DNA of 64,000 nt from an uncultured delta proteobacterium (GTDB lineage Bacteria; Desulfobacterota; Binatia; DP-6), in assembly GCA_963815115.1 (NCBI GenBank), contig CAWFFN010000005.1, forward strand, positions 1,504,001 to 1,568,000, given 5' to 3'. Below, piece after piece: positions 1-8,781 of the stretch. The stretch's first letter is position 1. Each line of letters begins with the position of its first letter. Position numbers and translations under genes: made by a program. The notes under the pieces were generated by a model, which ran no database searches, had not been told where the DNA came from, and saw only the letters and a program-made list of their open reading frames with translations.

Positions 1-558
1 GAGCGGCACGTCGACGGCCTGCTGCGAACGCGCGAGCCGCCCGATGCCGAAGCGCCAGGCCTCGCTCACCAGCGCGTAGCCGCCCGGGATGGCGCCGGTC
101 GGCACGTACGCGTTCCCGATGACGAAGAGCCGCGCCGTCCCGGCCATCTCGGGGGGCACCCTCGCCCGGAAGGTCCCGTCCGGGCTGTCGACCAGGAGGG
201 GCACGCGGTCCCGCGACGGGATGACGCGGTACCGCCCGAGCCATACCTGCCCCCCGCCGCTGCCCGCTGGCAGCGTCACGGCGAAGCTCGCGTCCGTCGT
301 CGTCTTCGGGACGGGCGCCTTGATCACCCAGCGGTCGAGCGCGAAGCGCGGCGCGGCGGCGGCGCGCACGACCGTCCGGGGATCCCGGTAGAAGATGCGG
401 AGGGTGGGGGCGGCGGCGCGGTTCAGACCCGGGGCCACGATCTCGAGCCGGAGCCGGGCGCCGCGGGCGGCGACGAGGGCGTTCGTGTTGGCGGCGTGGC
501 CGGGCGGGGCGGCGGCCAGGACGAGGATCGCGAAGGCGGCGAGCGACGGTCGTGACAT
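1..558 (-). CDS. Secreted hypothetical protein, 3' end runs off the window
   Basis: Not in the ORF track because it has no stop. ATG at 558 with GGAGG RBS; translates MSRPSLAAFAILVLAAAPPGHA|ANTNALV (signal peptide) and stays open to position 1. Confidence 0.75.
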   Translation of the reverse strand, partial: MSRPSLAAFAILVLAAAPPGHAANTNALVAARGARLRLEIVAPGLNRAAAPTLRIFYRDPRTVVRAAAAPRFALDRWVIKAPVPKTTTDASFAVTLPAGSGGGQVWLGRYRVIPSRDRVPLLVDSPDGTFRARVPPEMAGTARLFVIGNAYVPTGAIPGGYALVSEAWRFGIGRLARSQQAVDVPL

Positions 559-734
559 CGGCGGGCCTCCTGAAAGGAAGGCGTGAATTCTGGCGGCACG
601 GTGTGACGAGTCCCGGCGGCATGCGGGTTGCTCCCCGGGTGGCCACGTGCCGCGATCACTGCGGAGCCGGCGATGCTCCGTGGGGATTGCCTCTGCGCTC
701 GGGCCTCTGATAGGCGAACGAACGGAGACCGACC

Positions 735-1973
735 ATGCGCACTTTCGCATGGAAACCGAAGGCACCTCATCGGAGCGATGGGGTGAGCGCGAGCCCTCGA
801 CGACAGGGCACGCTCGGGAATCAGACCGAACAGCGGCCGCCGGAAGCCAGGACGGGAGACGTCGAAGGAGCCGGCCCGATTACCGAGATCGCCCGCTCCG
901 GCCACGACTTCAGCCGGATACCGGTGCACGCCGCCGTCGGGCCGACGGGTCCGCACGGTGGGCTGCATTCCACTCCTGCAACCCTGGAGAGCCCGTCCGC
1001 TCCTCGAAGTGCGGCCCTCGCGAGCTGGGTGTTTCGACCCACGACCAGCCCTCCGGCTCCCGAGAACGCGCCGGTGCAGCGCGATGGCTTCCACGGTCCC
1101 GCCTGGAAGGCCAGCAGTGAGAGTCTCTGGTACTTCAACGGCGAGCGGAACGACAGCGTGAATCCGACCGAGGTGACCCTGACGGCGGCGACGAGCCACG
1201 CTGGCCGCTTCGATTGGCAGGTCGTCGAGGGTGGAGACAAGGTCGAGTTCGTCGTCGGCCACGATTCCGGGCACGCCGTCTCATCGCAGGACGACAACCG
1301 CGTACGCGTGCGGAGCAAGGACGGCAGCACGAAGGGCGAGGACGACGTCCGAATCGGCGTCGCCCACCGCGACGGAAGCGGCGCCGTGAGGGCGGGAGAG
1401 GCGCGGCTCGGCGTGCGGACGCCCTCGACGATGCGTGCCACCGGCCACACCGTGGCGACGCCGGTCGCCGCGTATCCGGACACCGACGACCACGGCGCGG
1501 TCGTGGATGAGCCGGAAAAGCAGAAGACCGAGGACGAGATGCGGACGGCGACGGCGCTGCCGCAGTCTGCTCCGAGCATGAAGCACAAGGGCGCTACCCA
1601 CAGCAGCCACGCCACCTTTGCCTACGAGACGCACGAGAACTACGAGGTACTCGACGACAAGGGCGTGCCAATGAAGGGTTTCGACGTCAACGAGAAGTTC
1701 ACGACCGCGCCGACCAACGACGCAGCCAAGTGTGACTGGCGCCGCGGCGCCGCGGGCGGTCTCCATGCGCCCGGCTCGACCTTCTTCGACAACATGCAGG
1801 GCGAGGTCAGCTCGAAGACCCCGACCCCGCAAAACCCGCAGGCACCGCTCGGCAGCACGAAGGTCCAGCACTGGACCCAGGAGTGGTACGTCGGCAGCAC
1901 GACGCCCGGGAAGGGAACGAAGGTCCAGACGAACACGTTCCAGAAGTATCGGGATCACGCCGCCCACGAATGA
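735..1973 (+). CDS. Putative effector-like protein with an eCIS/DUF4157-type N-terminal leader and unknown C-terminal beta domain
   Basis: MRTFAWK..., LGNQTEQR, GHDFSRIPV and PVQR motifs as recalled from DUF4157-protein N-termini; no HELxH core visible; stop overlaps the next ATG (ATGA). Confidence 0.65.
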   Translation: MRTFAWKPKAPHRSDGVSASPRRQGTLGNQTEQRPPEARTGDVEGAGPITEIARSGHDFSRIPVHAAVGPTGPHGGLHSTPATLESPSAPRSAALASWVFRPTTSPPAPENAPVQRDGFHGPAWKASSESLWYFNGERNDSVNPTEVTLTAATSHAGRFDWQVVEGGDKVEFVVGHDSGHAVSSQDDNRVRVRSKDGSTKGEDDVRIGVAHRDGSGAVRAGEARLGVRTPSTMRATGHTVATPVAAYPDTDDHGAVVDEPEKQKTEDEMRTATALPQSAPSMKHKGATHSSHATFAYETHENYEVLDDKGVPMKGFDVNEKFTTAPTNDAAKCDWRRGAAGGLHAPGSTFFDNMQGEVSSKTPTPQNPQAPLGSTKVQHWTQEWYVGSTTPGKGTKVQTNTFQKYRDHAAHE

Positions 1974-2461
1974 CGGAAGCAGATATGCCGAACCCGCCAG
2001 AGCCGTTTCCGGGCGTCTTCCCCGGGACGATCGGGGTTCCCCCCGACCTCGCGCGGCTTGTCGCGGCCTCGGACCTCGTCTGCGTCGCCCGCGTGAGAGG
2101 TGTGAGCAAGCTGGGGACGGTGACGTACCTCGTGAACGGCGCGCCGGTGTCGTTCGACCGCGTCGTGGCGTCCCTCGACGTCGAGCGGGCGCTCGCGGGA
2201 TCGGCGGCCGAGCTCGCCGAGGTGGAGTTGCTGGAGCTCGACGAGCCTTCCGCGCTGGCACGTCTCGCCCAGGGCGAACGCGCGGCGCTCTTCCTCGTTC
2301 GCCGCGGCGATCGGTACGTGCTCGCCGACCCGGTGACGGCGTCGATCAACCTCGAGCGTCTCGACGAGGAGGTGCGCCGGGCGCTGATCGAGGCGCGGGG
2401 GAGCGCGGACGCCGAGGTCGCCCGGATCGCCGCAGGGTTGTTCGCGGAGCTCGGTCCGTGA
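1970..2461 (+). CDS. Hypothetical partner/immunity-like protein (beta-rich N-terminus)
   Basis: ATGA overlap with the upstream gene and GTGA overlap with the downstream gene; LVAASDLVCVARVRGV segment. Confidence 0.7.
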   Translation: MTEADMPNPPEPFPGVFPGTIGVPPDLARLVAASDLVCVARVRGVSKLGTVTYLVNGAPVSFDRVVASLDVERALAGSAAELAEVELLELDEPSALARLAQGERAALFLVRRGDRYVLADPVTASINLERLDEEVRRALIEARGSADAEVARIAAGLFAELGP

Positions 2462-3048
2462 GCGTCGAGGCCTTCTCGGCTCACGAGCTCCGTTGGCTCG
2501 GCTGCCGCGAGAAGAGCTGCTGCTCGACCTACTCCGTGATGCCCACCGGAGCCGACCTCTGGCGGATCTCTCGCTCGCTCGAGCTCCAGGTCTGGGAGTT
2601 CACCCGCTTCGCGGATGCGGAGCCGGGCGGGGCGGGCTCGTTCGCACTCGACGCGGACGGGCCGCGCTTCCAGGTCGTGCTCGCGAGGCGGGCGGCGGAC
2701 GGGCCTTGTCTCTTCCTCTTGCGCCTGCCGGACGGCCACGCGCAGTGCGCGCTCGGGAAGCTGCGGCCGACCGTGTGCGAGGCCTATCCAGCGGTCCTCG
2801 ACGGGGGCAAGGCGCGGGTCGGCGACCACGCCGGCTGCACGTGTGGCCCCTGGACGCAGGCGTCGCTCGACGACGCCGACGAGCTCGAGAGGCTCCGGCG
2901 TCTGGAGCGGGAGCGACGCGAGCACTACGAGATGGTCGCCGAGTGGAACGCGTTCGTCGCCGCCGATCCCGACCACCGCGACTACCCCGAGTTCTGCGAC
3001 TTCCTGATCAATCTGTGCGAACGCCGGTACGGCGGGCTGGGCGCGTGA
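2458..3048 (+). CDS. YkgJ / CxxCxxCC cysteine-cluster protein (degenerate first motif)
   Basis: GTG at 2458 overlaps the previous stop; GCREKSCC ... CLFL ... CALGKLRPTVCEAYP. Confidence 0.8.
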   Translation: MSVEAFSAHELRWLGCREKSCCSTYSVMPTGADLWRISRSLELQVWEFTRFADAEPGGAGSFALDADGPRFQVVLARRAADGPCLFLLRLPDGHAQCALGKLRPTVCEAYPAVLDGGKARVGDHAGCTCGPWTQASLDDADELERLRRLERERREHYEMVAEWNAFVAADPDHRDYPEFCDFLINLCERRYGGLGA

Positions 3049-3049
3049 C

Positions 3050-3634
3050 ATGTCCGACACCGGGACGAGCGTCTGCGCGACGTGCCATGCGCGCTGTTGC
3101 TTCGCGTACGCCGTCCACGTCACCGGCCACGACGTCTGGCTGATCGCCCGTCGTCTCCGGCTGGACGCCGCGCAGTTCGTCGTCGCGCTCGACGCTACCG
3201 AGCATCAGCCGAACGCCTTCCGTCTCGACCGCTCGGGGAGAGCGTTCGTCCTCGCACTCGGCAAGCAGCGCGTCGAGAACCCACAAGGCGAGTGGGCGTG
3301 CGTTTTCTGGCTTCCGCTGCCGGGCGGCAGCGGCCGCTGCGGCATCTACGCGGAGCGCCCGAACGTCTGCCGGACCTACCCCGCGTACCTCCGCGACGGC
3401 GCCGTCCATCTGCGCCGGGACGCGGCCTGTCCTCCGCGCGCGTGGAGCGTCGCCGGTCTGGACCTGGCGTCGTGGCGGCGCGAGCTCGAGCGAGGTGATC
3501 GGGAGAAGCAGGTCTACGAGACGGTGGTCCAGAGCTGGAACGAGCGAATCGACCAGCCGGTCTCACTCGGCGTGTTTTACGACTACCTGCTGACCGCCTA
3601 CGACGAGCTCGCGATCAATCAGGCGCCGACCTGA
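3050..3634 (+). CDS. YkgJ / CxxCxxCC cysteine-cluster protein
   Basis: CATCHARCC ... CVFW ... CGIYAERPNVCRTYP. Confidence 0.9.
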   Translation: MSDTGTSVCATCHARCCFAYAVHVTGHDVWLIARRLRLDAAQFVVALDATEHQPNAFRLDRSGRAFVLALGKQRVENPQGEWACVFWLPLPGGSGRCGIYAERPNVCRTYPAYLRDGAVHLRRDAACPPRAWSVAGLDLASWRRELERGDREKQVYETVVQSWNERIDQPVSLGVFYDYLLTAYDELAINQAPT

Positions 3635-3843
3635 GTGTGTCATGGAAAGCCCGGGTGAGCCCGGACCTCGGACCCCGCGCCGCCCCGCACCATCGCAAAC
3701 AGGATGCGGCAGGCCCCCCTCGCCCCATGCTCTGCATCGGGAAGCGGTAGCGGTTGGCCCGGCGTCTCTAGGGTCTGCCACACCGCTCCAAAAAACGTTG
3801 ACCGGACCGGCGCCAGTCGGTTACGTCTCCTGGGCCCGGTCCC

Positions 3844-5397
<1,554 letters not shown>

Positions 5398-5789
5398 CGC
5401 CATCCGCGGATGATCCGCGCCAGCCGGGGCGAGCCGAGCGTCGGACCTTACGGTTGCGTCAGCACCGTACGGCTACGACTGGATCGAGCCCCGACTGACG
5501 GCGGGATTCCTCGATCGTTCGGAGCTCTCGGGGCCGCCTTCGCGGCCCGCCGGGAAGCTTGGAGCCAGCTGCCGTCCGCGTACCGGCCGCCCATTCACCG
5601 GCGGCACCTGTAGATGTGGTTGCCAACGGCTCTTTGGCCTAGGTTGACAGATCCTCGGATATCTGTCGAGAGAACCCTATCCTGCAGTGCCCCTCGGCCC
5701 TTGGTCCCGGCCTCCGTCTGACCGCACCCGAGCAGATTCACCTGCACCGTCACGGCCTCGCTCCGAGCACCATCGCGGGAGGTAGCTCG

Positions 5790-6977
5790 ATGGACACGAA
5801 GCTGCTGATCAGGGTGATCGCGCGCCGTCGAGCCTGGTTGTTCCGACGCCTCGACGTGCACAAGGCTCTGAACCTCGCATCTGCCACCGTGGACTTCGCC
5901 CTCAAGCGCGAGAAGATTCGGGCGCTCCCGCCGATCGTGAAGATCGACATCAGCCCCCTCTGCAACCTGCGCTGCACCGCGTGCGTGCACGCCGACCCGA
6001 ACGGCAACGCCGCCCTCGAGAAGCAGACATTCGGGCGGGGGCAGAGGATGGCAGTAGATCAGTACCGCCGGATCATCGAGCAGATCAAGGGCAAGACGGC
6101 GGCGGTATCGCTCTACTATCTGGGCGACCCGATGACCCACCCGGATCTCGACGGCATGTGCCGCATCGCGGCCGATGCGGGACTGCAGGTCCACGTTTCC
6201 ACGAACTTCAGCTTCGGGTTCACGGACGAGCGCATTCGCAGCATCGTGCAGAGCGGTCTCTCGCACCTCACGGTGTGCATCGACGGACTCTCGCAGGAGA
6301 AATACGAGCGCACACGCGTCGGCGGCAATATCGCTCGCGTCGTGGGCAATCTCGAGCGCGTCGCCTCGGTGCGCACGGAGCTTGGCCAGAAGTCCCCGCT
6401 CATCGAGGTCCAGTACATCATGTTCCAGCACAACCTCGATGAGGTAGAGAAGGCACGCACGCTCTGCGGGAACCTCGGCGTCGATCAGTTCTCGGCCTTC
6501 TGGGGCGATCTCCACAACTGGACCGACCACGATCCCGGCAACTGTGCAGTGACCAGTCCGCGCGCGGCGAGGGCCCTGCCGCGCTGCTACTGGCCGTACT
6601 TCTCGACCGTCATCAAGTGGAACGGCGACGTGATCCCCTGCTGCACGTACCGCCATGGGAGCCAGTATGTGCCAAACGCCGATGCGCGGGTGTTCGGCAA
6701 CGTGTTCGCGAGGGACCTTGTCGCGATCTGGAATTCGCCGGAGTATCGGCAGGCGCGGCGGCTGGTGTCCGATCCGGGGCGCTCAGGTCGGGAGCCCGAG
6801 CTCAAGAGACACTTCTGCGACTCGTGCCCGGTGCTCTTCGAAACCACCCACGACCACCATGTCCGGAAGGGCGACCGCGTGCGCTTCGAGGAGGTCTACA
6901 CCCTGAACGAGAAGGGCAGACCGGTGCGGAAGGGCGGGACGGCACTCCGACCGGCTCGACGGGCGGGTCGTTCGTAG
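5790..6977 (+). CDS. Radical SAM protein with SPASM/twitch domain
   Basis: CNLRCTAC motif; C-terminal CYWPY...WNGDVIPCC...FGN...CDSC; GGAGG RBS. Confidence 0.93.
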   Translation: MDTKLLIRVIARRRAWLFRRLDVHKALNLASATVDFALKREKIRALPPIVKIDISPLCNLRCTACVHADPNGNAALEKQTFGRGQRMAVDQYRRIIEQIKGKTAAVSLYYLGDPMTHPDLDGMCRIAADAGLQVHVSTNFSFGFTDERIRSIVQSGLSHLTVCIDGLSQEKYERTRVGGNIARVVGNLERVASVRTELGQKSPLIEVQYIMFQHNLDEVEKARTLCGNLGVDQFSAFWGDLHNWTDHDPGNCAVTSPRAARALPRCYWPYFSTVIKWNGDVIPCCTYRHGSQYVPNADARVFGNVFARDLVAIWNSPEYRQARRLVSDPGRSGREPELKRHFCDSCPVLFETTHDHHVRKGDRVRFEEVYTLNEKGRPVRKGGTALRPARRAGRS

Positions 6978-7218
6978 TCCGCCGCGAGCGCGACGCTCGT
7001 GGCTTAGTGGTCGGGCAGCCTCACCGTCGGGCAGCACACCCAGGATCTCGCAGGGCGCCGGCACCACGACGCCCCCAAGGCTCGAGCGACCCCGGATGGC
7101 GGCTACCAGGACCTTCCTGGCGCGTTCCCGGTCGCGAGCGCCCGCGGGGCCAGATGAGAGACGGCGCGGGACAGCCAAGAGGCGATGTGTGGATCCTCGA
7201 TGGGCGGCGTGAGCGCCC

Positions 7219-7416
7219 TCAGTGGTAGTCGCCCCTGTAGGTGCCGTGGGTCTGCCCCTCACGGGTGCAGCCGCAGGTGTCCTGGATGATCCCGCGCGCC
7301 TCATCGATGGAGGCGGCATACGGGCACTTGTCGCTGACGCACGCGGCAAACGCGGCAGGCGCCGAGGCGGCGATCAGTGCGAGGCCGACCGCTCCGGCAG
7401 CGAGGAGATTCTTCAT
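7219..7416 (-). pseudogene. 3'-truncated paralog of the secreted protein at 28802-29695
   Basis: AFAACVSDKC...IQDTCGCTREGQTHGTY matches AFAACVSAKC...IQTTCGCTREGQKHGTY, then diverges and stops after 5 codons; GAGGAG RBS. Confidence 0.8.
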
Positions 7417-7852
7417 CTTGCGCTCCTCTCGGTTGCTGACGCTCCGCCGTGGTCGAGACCTGGTGCCAGTGGATGTGAGGAGAGCCGCATGCGGAAGTGC
7501 ATTCCGCGCACACGCCGCGCCGCGCGTCTAGTACCCCGACGCGACATCCTGCTAATGACACTACGAGACATGGGTGCCTGGAATCTAGGTGCAAGCGAAC
7601 CATGACCGAGTGCACCGTCGACGTTCGATCCGCCGTCGCCTGCCGCGGCGTGCCATGCCCCTTCGTCTCGGGGTGAGGGGCAGGTGGTCGTCGCTGGCGC
7701 CGTTTCGCGCAAGGTGCCGCGACGGCGTTGCCGCCGTCACGCCGGCGAGCTCGGTGGCAGGCCCGGGGATCGCGCCGCGGGCGGAGGGGCGTGAGGATGC
7801 GCCACCCCGCTCGGCATGGACGGCCAGGGCGCGGCGGGCGAACAACCGGAGG

Positions 7853-8158
7853 TCAGGACCACTCGCGATCGACCGATCGTCTGAGATTCGCGAGGCAGCC
7901 TTCCACCGCGGCGAGGCATTCCGGGTCGCGCCAGCACCACGCCTCCAGGCTGAGTCTGATGAGCCGGTCCCAGTCGGAGTTGAGGACGACATCACGGCTC
8001 TCGTACAGCCGAACGAGGCAAGCCACCGACTTCTGGTCGGTTTCCGCGGCGCCGTTCGGGATCCGGCGAGGGTCGGGCCGCCGCCGGAAGGCGACGACGA
8101 TCCCTCGTGAGCGACCCGTGGTCGAGAGCGTTGCCTCGGAAGCTCGATCCTCAAACAT
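7853..8158 (-). CDS. Small hypothetical protein
   Basis: The C-terminal half is protein-like and helical (LVRLYESRDVVLNSDWDRLIRLSLEAWCW); no family recognised. Confidence 0.4.
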   Translation of the reverse strand: MFEDRASEATLSTTGRSRGIVVAFRRRPDPRRIPNGAAETDQKSVACLVRLYESRDVVLNSDWDRLIRLSLEAWCWRDPECLAAVEGCLANLRRSVDREWS

Positions 8159-8349
8159 GATCCCTCGCATCTACCGGACGCCTGCGCCGGTCATTCGCGG
8201 GACGGTGCACGGTCGGACGGTTGTCGCAGGTCATCCGGAACCGGGTGGAAGGGCGGCGGCACCCTCGAGAGTGCGCGCGCCGGCTCGGCCTCGGATTCCC
8301 ATCGTACGCTCGGCCGTCGGGCATCGACCACATGTTCATGTCGACATGT

Positions 8350-8634
8350 TCATGTCGACCTCGTCGAATCGGATACTTCCAGCTCGCGGGCCGTCCTCAC
8401 GTCCCCAGCTCCCGTGCTCACTTGCCCGAGCGCCAGCACCCCGCGCATGAAGTCGATCAACTGGCTGGCGGACCCGAAGGACGTCGCCCTGCCCGAGACG
8501 ATGTGCTCGACCCGGCCACGGAGCTGATCGTCGGGCGCCGTTTCGCTGCTACTGCACTCGACGAGAAATGCCCCTCGGGGAAGCAAGACGGGGCTTTCGG
8601 CGGTCGTCGAGCGATCTCCACGGGGGTCCGGCAC
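8350..8634 (-). CDS. Small conserved hypothetical protein, divergent from the wHTH-AAA regulator
   Basis: AFLVE...LRGRVEHIVSGRATSFGSASQLIDFM; I recall this motif in small proteins flanking wHTH-AAA-TPR regulators. Confidence 0.7.
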   Translation of the reverse strand: MPDPRGDRSTTAESPVLLPRGAFLVECSSSETAPDDQLRGRVEHIVSGRATSFGSASQLIDFMRGVLALGQVSTGAGDVRTARELEVSDSTRST

Positions 8635-8711
8635 GCCGGCGTCGTAGCCCCGAACCGGCGCCGAAGTCCCGCGAACATTGCGCGATCATTCCGCAATTCC
8701 GGGAAAGCCTA

Positions 8712-8729
8712 CCTGGGGGTGCCCCCAGG
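8712..8729. promoter_or_regulatory. Perfect 8-bp inverted repeat in the divergent intergenic region (candidate operator)
   Basis: CCTGGGGG-TG-CCCCCAGG. Confidence 0.35.
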
Positions 8730-8781
8730 CCTCCCTCGACGCGTTTGTCCGATGGCCCGGACGTCGGGTAGACACAAGTGC

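Noticed and set aside
7237-7360. DGR template/variable repeat pair with 29520-29640
   Set aside because: Mismatches are not adenine-specific and there is no reverse transcriptase in the window; this is ordinary paralogy.
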